Origin: Endozoicomonas sp. SCSIO W0465
GTDB lineage: Bacteria > Pseudomonadota > Gammaproteobacteria > Pseudomonadales > Endozoicomonadaceae
Length of the DNA: 64,000 nt
Assembly: GCF_023716865.1 (NCBI RefSeq)
Contig: NZ_CP092417.1
Location: forward strand, 4,876,862 to 4,940,861
Direction of reading: 5' to 3'
A program made the position numbers and the translations under genes. The notes under the pieces are model-generated. The model was not told where the DNA came from, did no database searches, and worked only from the letters and a program-made list of their open reading frames with translations. Within the stretch, counting starts at the first letter, position 1. Every line of letters starts with the position of its first letter. This document shows, in pieces, positions 38,981 to 47,653 of this stretch.

Positions 38981-39827
38981 ACCAGGATGTACGTTTAGGA
39001 TTTCCTCCCTTGATGGTGCTCAACCACTGGGCACCTTCGCTCTCAAAGTATTTTCTGCAGGAGTTATAACCCATTTCATAAATAGACTTCAGCTGATCCG
39101 GCTTCACCATAAAAGCGCTGCAGTCCTCGATACCTTCTGGCGCCAATGACACCTCAGGCAAGTTGATATTGGCAAACTGCCGGGCAGAGCTGTAGATTTG
39201 GAATACTCTATCGAGCACATCAAATGTATTCGCGAAATGTTCACTGGGCCTGGACATGATCGGGGCAAGGTACATGCCGATATGGTGACGGCACAGGTCA
39301 TGAATCAGGTCTGAAGGGTAGTTATTAATAATCCCGCCATCCGCATAGACGGTTCCCTGCCACTTAACCGGTGTGAACATTGCCGGGTATGCGGACGACG
39401 CCGTCAATGCATTAATCAATGAACCGCTATTAAATACCGTCTGTTGCGCTTTGTTCAAGTCCGTGGCCACCACATAAAGCGGCTTTTTCAATGACTCAAA
39501 GCTATCCTCAGGAAAATAGGGCTGAAAATTTTTCGCTATTTTGGCCGAATCAATCAATCCAAGGGCATTGAAAGACAGGTTTTTTAAACTGAACATTTTG
39601 GTAGAAACGAAGAAATCGAGAATCTCTTCCGGTGCATATCCGGCACTGTGCAGCGCACCCACCATCGCACCACCACTGGCACCGGAAATAATATCCGGCT
39701 CAACTCCCTGCTCTTTCAGATATTGCAGCAACCCAATATGAGCCATGCATTTTGCTCCACCTCCGGACAGGGTGAGACCTAAACGGTACGGTTTGCTCTT
39801 AAACAGCTCTGACGTAAAGATGCTCAT
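38949..39827 (-). CDS. patatin-like phospholipase
   Basis: Oxyanion motif GLTLSGGGAKC, nucleophile motif GASGG (GxSxG) and catalytic Asp motif YADGG. Its 3' end overlaps the dgt 3' end by 32 nt (convergent genes). Confidence 0.85.
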   Translation of the reverse strand: MSIFTSELFKSKPYRLGLTLSGGGAKCMAHIGLLQYLKEQGVEPDIISGASGGAMVGALHSAGYAPEEILDFFVSTKMFSLKNLSFNALGLIDSAKIAKNFQPYFPEDSFESLKKPLYVVATDLNKAQQTVFNSGSLINALTASSAYPAMFTPVKWQGTVYADGGIINNYPSDLIHDLCRHHIGMYLAPIMSRPSEHFANTFDVLDRVFQIYSSARQFANINLPEVSLAPEGIEDCSAFMVKPDQLKSIYEMGYNSCRKYFESEGAQWLSTIKGGNPKRTSWFKLPIGSDTQ

Positions 39828-40023
39828 TGATCAAAAACACTATCTTTGGAAAACAACATTTATTGAAAAAACCTAAAGCCGGAATGCCTTCGGAAAGTCT
39901 TTGCCAATGCCGACATTATGTCATGAGCCCGGCTCTGCACTAAAGTAAATCTCAATAGCGCCCGACCTGATCATAACGTCTTTACTATTACCACGCTCAA
40001 TAATATCAAATGGAGGTAAGGAG

Positions 40024-40884
40024 ATGACCGAAGTGCCTGAAACAGATCCATTCTATCTTCACGATACCAGGGTTCCCCGCTTTATCTACGGTACCGCCTG
40101 GAAAGAACAGGCTACCTCTGAGCTGACACTGAAAGCCCTGAATAACGGCTTTACGGCAATAGACACCGCCAACCAGCGCAAACATTATTTTGAAGAAGGG
40201 GTTGGGGAAGCATTGCAAAACTTTTATCAGACCAGCGGAAAAACCCGTGATGACTTGTTTTTACAGACTAAATTCACCTACCTCGAAGGACAGGACAACC
40301 GTCTACCTTATAGCCCCGGGGCTGAGACCAAAACCCAGGTAGAGCAATCCTTTCTTTCGTCTCTGGAGCATTTAAAAACGGACTACCTGGATGCTTACCT
40401 GCTGCATGGCCCCTCACAGATTCATGGACTCAGTGACCGGGACTTTGCCGTCTGGGAAGCCATGGAAAACTTCTACCGATCTGGCCAGGTCAAACTTCTG
40501 GGTGTCAGCAATGTCAATCACGACCAGCTGGAGTACCTGAGTCACCATGCAGCCATCAAACCCATGCTGGTGCAGAACCGTTGTTTTGCCAGCACCGGAT
40601 GGGACGCCACTATACGGGAGCTATGCCATCGACATAACATTCATTACCAGGGGTTCTCTTTACTGACTGCCAACAGTCCGTTGTTCGAAAAGCCTGAATT
40701 TCAGGCCATTATGGCCAGAACCGGATTGACCGGACCACAGGTCATTTTTCAGGCCGCATTAAAAATGGGAATGATCGTATTAACAGGGACCAGCGATGCG
40801 CAACACATGCAACAAGACCTGAATTGTCTGCAGACGCCACTGACGGATGATGAAGTTGCTTTAATAGAGCAATTGATGGCTTGA
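40024..40884 (+). CDS. aldo/keto reductase
   Basis: 286 aa. AKR motifs (GTAWK, AIDTANQRKHY, LLHGP, LGVSN). Strong SD sequence GGAGGTAAGGAG upstream. Confidence 0.85.
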   Translation: MTEVPETDPFYLHDTRVPRFIYGTAWKEQATSELTLKALNNGFTAIDTANQRKHYFEEGVGEALQNFYQTSGKTRDDLFLQTKFTYLEGQDNRLPYSPGAETKTQVEQSFLSSLEHLKTDYLDAYLLHGPSQIHGLSDRDFAVWEAMENFYRSGQVKLLGVSNVNHDQLEYLSHHAAIKPMLVQNRCFASTGWDATIRELCHRHNIHYQGFSLLTANSPLFEKPEFQAIMARTGLTGPQVIFQAALKMGMIVLTGTSDAQHMQQDLNCLQTPLTDDEVALIEQLMA

Positions 40885-40960
40885 AATACTATTTCCAGAG
40901 TTAAGCTACAGCTCTGACAACGACCTCTGCATTGCCAGCATACCGTACATCCATGCACAC

Positions 40961-40987
40961 AAAAAAAAAGCCAGCATAATGCTGGCT
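40961..40987 (-). terminator. rho-independent terminator of tRNA-Pro
   Basis: On the minus strand, hairpin AGCCAGCA-TTAT... (AGCCAGC/GCTGGCT, 40969-40987) is followed by T8-9 (the A-run at 40961-40968 on the plus strand), 13 nt after the tRNA 3' end. Confidence 0.7.
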
Positions 40988-41000
40988 AATAAAAAAAATC

Positions 41001-41077
41001 TGGTCGGGGTAGAGAGATTCGAACTCCCGACATCCTGCTCCCAAAGCAGGCGCGCTACCAGACTGCGCTATACCCCG
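41001..41077 (-). tRNA. tRNA-Pro (anticodon UGG)
   Basis: The reverse complement CGGGGTATAGCGCAGTCTGGTAGCGCGCCTGCTTTGGGAGCAGGATGTCGGGAGTTCGAATCTCTCTACCCCGACCA folds as a cloverleaf. The acceptor stem is CGGGGTA/TACCCCG and the anticodon loop is TT-TGG-GA. The T-loop is TTCGAAT and CCA is encoded. Confidence 0.92.
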
Positions 41078-41132
41078 TTAACTCACTGGAACAAACACTG
41101 CAAATATATGTTGTGCCGAACCAGTGATGGCG

Positions 41133-41161
41133 TATTATGCTCATTTTTCTAACGCCGTCAA
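41133..41161 (-). promoter_or_regulatory. putative sigma70 promoter of tRNA-Pro
   Basis: Minus strand: TTGACG (41161-41156), 16-nt spacer, CATAAT (41139-41134), then a GC-rich discriminator CGCC. It lies ~55 nt upstream of the mature tRNA 5' end. Confidence 0.5.
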
Positions 41162-41215
41162 CAGCCAATTAAACGTTAGCGCAACAAACTTGCCCCGAAC
41201 ATGAGACATGGGTAT

Positions 41216-41653
41216 CTATGGCTGCCAGCCATATTTATCGATGCTATTGAGTGCCAGGCCACCATCAACCTTGCCCTCCAGGCTGGCGTTCATGGAAAAA
41301 TTAACCAGACGTCCCTGCACACCACCGGTCAGGAGCAACGACTGGTCCAGAAAGTCATAACCACCACCCAGCTCAGCCTGCCAGTCAATTTCCCCTCTGA
41401 CACCTTTTAACAGCAACTTATCAAAACCGTCAGTGAAGTGGTAAGAAAGGGAAAGATCAACGCCGGTTACATCGCTGACGCTATCCACATCAACATTGCG
41501 AACGCCAATGATCGCCGAGGGTATCCACCCCTGTTTCACCGTCCAGCCCAGCCCGGCATAAACATGGTTATCATTTTGGGCTGCAGCAGCAGTACCGCTC
41601 AGCGATACTGTTGCCATCATTGCTGACATCAAGCCTTTTATTGTCCGGGACAT
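41216..41653 (-). CDS. small secreted beta-rich protein (possible outer-membrane protein)
   Basis: The likely start is MSRTIKGLMSAMMATVSLSGTAAA (signal peptide). Composition is G/D/V/L-rich and beta-like. No family was recognised. Confidence 0.4.
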   Translation of the reverse strand: MSRTIKGLMSAMMATVSLSGTAAAAQNDNHVYAGLGWTVKQGWIPSAIIGVRNVDVDSVSDVTGVDLSLSYHFTDGFDKLLLKGVRGEIDWQAELGGGYDFLDQSLLLTGGVQGRLVNFSMNASLEGKVDGGLALNSIDKYGWQP

Positions 41654-41807
41654 TTGGCAACCCCCTTTATTTTCAGGCAATGTGTATTTGCTTATCCTCA
41701 GTTACCACTCTATCCAAATGGCAAAAATAAGCAATGCACCTTACTGAACGGCAAACAACAGGGTGCCTCCTTAGCAAAAGAAAACGCCCCACCTGAAAAA
41801 ACAAAAC

Positions 41808-42083
41808 TCAGTGATTATCGCTCATGGCCATCACCGGGCATTGGCCATCAGTGTCATTTGCAGCGGGCTGATAGTACTGACTCTCAAGCCAGTCCAATGC
41901 TTTCTGAAATGCAAGGTCGCCATAGTCTGAATAACTGAAACGACGAGTCTCGTGTATTCTGGAGCAATCAGGTTTTACCAGATGCGCCTGCCAGCCTGCC
42001 TGCCCATCTCTGAGTGAATATTTCTCAATTTTCAACATTGCGGATGATAGTTTCCGTTCTTTATTCTGACTGTACACGATCAC
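41808..42083 (-). CDS. hypothetical small protein (weak AP2-like DNA-binding pattern)
   Basis: 91 aa. The pattern GWQAHL...RRFSYSDYGDLAFQKALDWL loosely recalls AP2/integrase-type DNA-binding domains. Coding status itself is not certain. Confidence 0.3.
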   Translation of the reverse strand: MIVYSQNKERKLSSAMLKIEKYSLRDGQAGWQAHLVKPDCSRIHETRRFSYSDYGDLAFQKALDWLESQYYQPAANDTDGQCPVMAMSDNH

Positions 42084-42341
42084 TTTTGTTCGTATTGTTA
42101 AGGCTATCTACTTGGACAACCTAACGGTTAAGGGATGACATATTCATGACCGTCAATGGCCAATCAACCGCATAATTATTAAATAAATCATCAACATGCA
42201 CATTGATACGTATCAATACTTAGCACCCTGTTTATCAATACCGTGTCGACCGCAATATGCACAAGCCTGACAAGGAACCTCTCTCCACCCTCTCTCTACC
42301 CCTCTCCACCCCTCTCCACCCCATCTCCCGAAAAAATTTTC

Positions 42342-43196
42342 CTACCCCTTCCTTAACATCATCATCGTGAACAGCGATGCGGTGACAAACATCAGGAGAC
42401 TATAAACACTGGGACCAATGGACATGGTGGTACTGTCCAGAATGGTAACGGTCACCAGCAGAGCCAGTGTTCCATTCTGCAACCCCACCTCCAGACAGAT
42501 GGTTCTGGCCTGCTGTTCATTATCCACCAGCCATTTGCCCACCAGATAGCCCATTAACATGGTCAGTACATTCAGAGCCAAGGCAGCAAAGCCTGTCTGC
42601 AGCAGATAAGTCAATACTTTCCCACCCAGTTCCAGAGCAATACTGATAATCATCAATGTCAGTATGCCAATGGACAGTTTGCTGACGTAGGGCTCTGCTT
42701 TTCCGGCAAAGCCCTGCCATTGCATGCGGATTCCCATACCGATCAATGTCGGAATAACGGTAATGGCCATCAACTTGACCCAGGTTATCAGCACCGGTAA
42801 TTCAAACCGGGCGCTTTCGCCCGCGTAGTGGTCAATAGCCCAGTTACCCAGCAGAGGTATCGTAAAGGTGGTGATGAACCCGGCAATGGTCGTTAATGAA
42901 ATGGACAGTCCGACATCAGCCTTAGCCAAAAGGCTGTAAAGATTGGACGTGGTTCCCCCGGGGCAAAGTGCCAGTATGAAAAGACCAATGGCCAGCTCGC
43001 CACTCAGTCCGGTCAGATCAATAATCAATATTGCGATAATAGGCAACAGCAGCATCTGACAGGTGATGCCCACCAGAAAAGCTCTGGGCTGCATAAACAC
43101 CTGGGTAAAATCGTTAACGGTAAGGCTTAGTCCAACACCGATCATGATGAGAATGAGCGCAACAGGAAGGCCTATCCCGACGAGAGCCTGATACAT
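42342..43196 (-). CDS. bile acid:sodium symporter (BASS) family transporter
   Basis: 284 aa, multi-TM. Motifs GLSLTVNDF and LALCPGGTTSNLYS are typical of BASS/ACR3-like transporters. Confidence 0.85.
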   Translation of the reverse strand: MYQALVGIGLPVALILIMIGVGLSLTVNDFTQVFMQPRAFLVGITCQMLLLPIIAILIIDLTGLSGELAIGLFILALCPGGTTSNLYSLLAKADVGLSISLTTIAGFITTFTIPLLGNWAIDHYAGESARFELPVLITWVKLMAITVIPTLIGMGIRMQWQGFAGKAEPYVSKLSIGILTLMIISIALELGGKVLTYLLQTGFAALALNVLTMLMGYLVGKWLVDNEQQARTICLEVGLQNGTLALLVTVTILDSTTMSIGPSVYSLLMFVTASLFTMMMLRKG

Positions 43197-43261
43197 GGAT
43201 GAAATCCTTGTGCTTGTTTATTGTTATTTTTGTCCGATGATTTTGCAGAATTTACACCAAC

Positions 43262-43309
43262 AACACAATCCAATAACACAATCCGATAACACAATCCGAT
43301 AACACAATG
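43262..43309. repeat. 13-bp tandem repeat AACACAATCCGAT, about 3.7 copies
   Basis: Read directly from the sequence, in the BASS/GNAT intergenic region. Confidence 0.9.
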
Positions 43310-43469
43310 TTGAGTTCACCTGACCAAGGGTTGATGACGTTTCACATAGGTATTGAAATCAGTCCGCAAGCACTATGATAGTTACTACGCTGCGATAATT
43401 CGTCAGTACGGAACCATTTCAACTTTTCTGATTCTAACGCGATGTCTGATCCGATAGAGATTTGCGTGC

Positions 43470-44228
43470 ATGTTACCCATAACAAACTTTCCTGTTGGCA
43501 AGGCCTATGACGGACCGATTGAAATAAGCATTGAACAAGCCTCAGAGGATCAAGCCTGTAGCAGTGGAACAAATGGAATTATTGTCCACATGTACACTGA
43601 AGATCTTTACCTGCGATCTGTGCAAGCCTGTGATATCGATAACTATTGTGCCCTAATGGGTGATGAGGAGACGGTTAAAAATTACGCTTCAGGTAAACCA
43701 ACCGAGAGGGCAGAGGTGGAAAAACGAGTAAACGACTGGGTAGCCAGATGGCAGTCAGGTAACCCCTTCAGTGCTTTGGCTGTTTTTAAAAAAACGCCAG
43801 ATTCAACCTGTCAGGATGAACCTTTTATAGGGCACATTATTGCTGGTTCAGGGGAGTGTATGTGGTATGGAGAGCCGGGAAAATATGAGGGATATTCTGA
43901 AATGGCCGGGCTTGAGCATAAGCGTTATCGCAATGCAGGTTATGCCAGACAGGCTGCTGCTGCACTCATCAGCAAAGCTATACCAGAGTATCAACAAAAA
44001 GGCTATAGAGTGAACACCATTTTTTCTGAAGAAAGGATCTGTAAATTATTTCCTGCAAAAAAGACCTTTAAATTATTGCCCCTGAATTGGGTTACAGCCA
44101 CAGCTGCTCCTGACAACAGTGCCTCTGTCAGACTATTAACCGGGCTGGGTTTCGAATGTAAAAATGTCATGGAAAATCTTAACAATCGTACTGGTGGCGT
44201 GCGGGCATTCTTTGCTTTGAAAGTATAA
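43470..44228 (+). CDS. GNAT-family N-acetyltransferase (RimJ/RimL-like), N-terminally extended
   Basis: LYLRSVQACDIDNYCALMGDEETVKNY...WVARWQSGNPFSALAVF...RYRNAGYARQAAAALI fits the Acetyltransf_3 pattern. Confidence is moderate. Confidence 0.5.
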   Translation: MLPITNFPVGKAYDGPIEISIEQASEDQACSSGTNGIIVHMYTEDLYLRSVQACDIDNYCALMGDEETVKNYASGKPTERAEVEKRVNDWVARWQSGNPFSALAVFKKTPDSTCQDEPFIGHIIAGSGECMWYGEPGKYEGYSEMAGLEHKRYRNAGYARQAAAALISKAIPEYQQKGYRVNTIFSEERICKLFPAKKTFKLLPLNWVTATAAPDNSASVRLLTGLGFECKNVMENLNNRTGGVRAFFALKV

Positions 44229-44407
44229 ATAATAAAAAATTAGGCTCTTGTAGGATTTCAGACTGCTACTGGGTTGAACATTGCTGAAGCCCTTTATCTA
44301 CAAAGGTTGTCAGCATATTGTCCGGTAATGTTGCTCAATCCTTGTTTTTCGTGACCTACAGTCAGTTTTCACTGTAGAGCAGTTCGTAATCAAAATAGAG
44401 CCAAAAA

Positions 44408-45970
44408 TTAATGCTTCGGATACCCGGTAATGTCCCGAATGGATTTATAGAGCGGCTGCATACGTTTGTAGATTTTTTTATATACCTCGTTGTACAAACG
44501 GTCATACAGCTGCATGGTTGGCAAGTCCGACTCAAACACATCGCCAACCCGGGTCATTTTAGCACTGGCTTCGCTGTAGTCGTTGTGAATGCCAAGGCCA
44601 ACACAGCAGTTGATGGCGGCTCCAAGGCCGGATGCTTCGGAGGTGTGTGGTCGCTCTGCCGCCATACCAAAAATATTTGCCGTCAATTGCATCGCAGCAT
44701 CGCTTTGGGAGCCGCCGCCAGAGACTCGTAACCGGGTAATTGGTGTGCCACTGCGTTTTTCGATCAGCTCTTTACCGGAACGCAATTCATAAGCCAGCCC
44801 TTCCAGAATCGCCCGATAAATATGTGCCCGCTTATGCACATCACCAAAGCCGATAAAAGCGCCTTTGCCTTCCGGCCCGGGTTGACGTACGCCGGGTGAC
44901 CAGTAAGGCTGCATCATCAAACCCATGGAGCCCGGTGGCACCTGATTGAGCAGGGTATCGAACAATTGTTCCGGTTCTATACCCAGCTCCTTCGCCTTCC
45001 GCTGCTCAACCTGGGCCAGTTCATTTTTAAACCAGCTCACCATCCAGAAACCACGATAAATCATCACTTCGGTGTTGTAACGTTTTGGCATCGCTGCTGT
45101 GTAGGGTGGAATAAAAGGTATGGTTTCAAGGTAGCGGGATGTTGTGGTACTGATGGTGGCGGTGGTGCCAAAACTCAAGCAGCCAATATGGGGGGCAATG
45201 CCGCCAGCACCCAGTACTTCACAGGCTTTGTCCGATGAGGCTGCAATCATCGGTAAACCCGGAGGCAGACCGGTATGCTCTGCAGCTTCAGCGGTAATAT
45301 GGCCTAACAACGCTCCGGGTTGTACCAGTTCCGGCAACATAGGTCGTCTGACGGCCAACAGCTGCCATTTCAGGTCATGCTGGCCAGCCCATTGCTGGCG
45401 GCGATAGTCATAGGGCAGGTAACCAGCCACTGCACCGCAGGCGTCTCTCATTTCGCCAGTCAGTTGATAGGTCAGGTAACCGGATAAATTGACGTAATAA
45501 CGCGTTTTCTGCCAGATATCCGGTTGATGCTGCATAATCCAGTTATCACGGGCTTTGGCCCGCAGATTGTCGATAAGACTGGCCAGGCCTATGGTCTTGA
45601 TCAACAGCCCCCGGACGCCACCAACCGGCTTTTCTGGCTCGGCTTTACGCTGATCCATCCAGACAATGGCCGGTCTCAACGGCTTTTTATCTTCATCCAG
45701 GTTAATCATGGTGTAGCGCTGCGTCGTCAGTGCCACGCCTTTGATCTGTCCGGGCGTTACCATGCCCCGGGTCCATAACGCTTTGCAGGCTTGCCCAAGC
45801 TGCTGCCAATAGTAGTCAGGATGTTGTTCTGCCCAGCCGGGGTGTTGTGAAAAATAGGCCTCCAGCTCAACTTTGCTTTTGGCGATCTCATTACCGGCGC
45901 TGTCAAACACTAAGGCACGAATGCTCTGTGTGCCATTGTCGATGGCCAGCACATAGTCTGAATTACTCAC
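44408..45970 (-). CDS. FGGY-family carbohydrate kinase
   Basis: N-terminus YVLAIDNGTQSIRALVFD, and the C-terminal FGGY domain motif RVSGGGSQSDAAMQ. Confidence 0.85.
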   Translation of the reverse strand: MSNSDYVLAIDNGTQSIRALVFDSAGNEIAKSKVELEAYFSQHPGWAEQHPDYYWQQLGQACKALWTRGMVTPGQIKGVALTTQRYTMINLDEDKKPLRPAIVWMDQRKAEPEKPVGGVRGLLIKTIGLASLIDNLRAKARDNWIMQHQPDIWQKTRYYVNLSGYLTYQLTGEMRDACGAVAGYLPYDYRRQQWAGQHDLKWQLLAVRRPMLPELVQPGALLGHITAEAAEHTGLPPGLPMIAASSDKACEVLGAGGIAPHIGCLSFGTTATISTTTSRYLETIPFIPPYTAAMPKRYNTEVMIYRGFWMVSWFKNELAQVEQRKAKELGIEPEQLFDTLLNQVPPGSMGLMMQPYWSPGVRQPGPEGKGAFIGFGDVHKRAHIYRAILEGLAYELRSGKELIEKRSGTPITRLRVSGGGSQSDAAMQLTANIFGMAAERPHTSEASGLGAAINCCVGLGIHNDYSEASAKMTRVGDVFESDLPTMQLYDRLYNEVYKKIYKRMQPLYKSIRDITGYPKH

Positions 45971-46018
45971 TAGGCACTCACTTCTTGATTCTTATTGTCG
46001 AGTATCCGCGTTATTGCA

Positions 46019-47641
46019 TTATTTCGGGATGCTGTAAAAGGTATTCCAGATGGACTGATAACGGGCAACTTCCTGTTGCCACTTCTGCTCGCTCCAACCC
46101 AGTTCTTCACGGCAGATGGCCTCGATTCTGTCGGCAAAAATCAGGCCGCCCTGCTCCAGCAGTAACCCCAGCCGGGTCCGACGCAGCAGGAGGTCATCCA
46201 GATGTACAACGGCTTCATTTCCGGCCGACCAGCGCAACTCTGCCCACAGGGCCCGGGCACCGGGAATCACATCCTGTTCTCCGGGCCGGATCTGTGCCAG
46301 CAAATGATCAGCGTCCATACCGTAATGGCCCCGGATGCGTTTCTGTAAATAGTCCGGCAGCTTTTTAAACAGCCCACTGGCAGGCTCATATTGAGTAAAC
46401 ATATCTGCGCCGGTATCACTGAAATCAACGCCGGGCAGATACGCTTCAGCAGCCTTTAATACATCCAGGGCAATTAACCGGAAGGTGGTCAGCTTGCCGC
46501 CACTGACGGTCACCAGTCCGTTATCGTTCCAGATGCTGTGGTCACGTTTTTCTTTCGACGGGTTCAGTGCCCCTGAGCTGACCAGCGGGCGTACACCTGC
46601 CCAGGAAGCAATAATATCCTGTTCGGTTAACCCGGCTTTCGGGAACTGGAAGCAAACGGCTTTCATCAGGTATTCCAGTTCTTCACGGGTCATGGCCACT
46701 TCATGATTACCGATAGTGCCGTTGTCCAGATCGGTTGTTCCGACAACGGTTCGGCCTTCCCAGGGGAAAATAAAAACGGGTCGTTGATCATCCGGGTGCA
46801 TTACGGTGTATGCCTGGGCCACAGGCAGTCGCCAACCGGGCACGACAATATGGCTGCCACGGGCAGGGCGAATACGCTGCTCTGAGGTCATCTCACCCCG
46901 AAGTTCATCCCCCCAGGCGCCTGTGGCATTAATCACTACTTTTGCTTTAACCGGGATCACCTGGCCGGTTTCTGCATCCTTCAGTTCAGCACCTGTCACT
47001 CGACCATGGTTTTTAATCAGAGCATCGACACCGACATAATTCATTACCGTAGCACCCTCTTTCCGGGCCTCCCGCAACACCCGGATAACCAGACGTGAGT
47101 CATCGGTAATGGCGTCGGCAAACTGGGTGGCACCGAGCAGGTTGTGATCATTAATGAGAGGGCTCAGGTTTGCAATGTCGTGTGATTGATGAACCTTGCG
47201 GTAACGCTTACCGGCAAAAAAATCATAAATACGCAGCAGAAGATTAAAGACCAGCGGCCCGGGAAATGCCCCCTTGTAATGAGCCATCAGATACCCCATC
47301 GGATCAACCAGCCCGGGAGCTTCTCGCATCAGGCGTTCCCGTTCGGAGACTGAGTGCATCGTGGTTTTGATATCGCCGGAAGCGATATAGCGAAGACCGC
47401 CATGAACCATTTTTGATGACCGGCTGGACGTTCCCCAGGCAAAATCCTGACGCTCGACCAGCAGCACCTTCAAGCCCCGGCGTGCTGCTTCGCGGGCAAT
47501 ACCCGCACCGGTGATGCCGCCGCCGGCCACAACGACATCCCATTCCACGTCCGGATTGTTTGTTAATGCTTGCAGTAACGGTTTCCGGTTGCCTGCCTGC
47601 CAGGATTGTTGCCACATAGGTTGGATGCCTGATTGATTCAA
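46019..47641 (-). CDS. FAD-dependent glycerol-3-phosphate dehydrogenase/oxidase (GlpD-like)
   Basis: Dinucleotide fold DVVVAGGGITGAGIAREAARRG, followed by GTSSRSSKMVHGGLRY. Confidence 0.85.
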   Translation of the reverse strand: MNQSGIQPMWQQSWQAGNRKPLLQALTNNPDVEWDVVVAGGGITGAGIAREAARRGLKVLLVERQDFAWGTSSRSSKMVHGGLRYIASGDIKTTMHSVSERERLMREAPGLVDPMGYLMAHYKGAFPGPLVFNLLLRIYDFFAGKRYRKVHQSHDIANLSPLINDHNLLGATQFADAITDDSRLVIRVLREARKEGATVMNYVGVDALIKNHGRVTGAELKDAETGQVIPVKAKVVINATGAWGDELRGEMTSEQRIRPARGSHIVVPGWRLPVAQAYTVMHPDDQRPVFIFPWEGRTVVGTTDLDNGTIGNHEVAMTREELEYLMKAVCFQFPKAGLTEQDIIASWAGVRPLVSSGALNPSKEKRDHSIWNDNGLVTVSGGKLTTFRLIALDVLKAAEAYLPGVDFSDTGADMFTQYEPASGLFKKLPDYLQKRIRGHYGMDADHLLAQIRPGEQDVIPGARALWAELRWSAGNEAVVHLDDLLLRRTRLGLLLEQGGLIFADRIEAICREELGWSEQKWQQEVARYQSIWNTFYSIPK

Positions 47642-47653
47642 TGGAGTGACCAG

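Noticed and set aside
42281-42330. CT-rich low-complexity run (CTCTCCACCC-like units) downstream of the BASS transporter stop codon
   Set aside because: It is an imperfect, short polypyrimidine tract without clear unit structure or an associated feature. I noted it only as low complexity.
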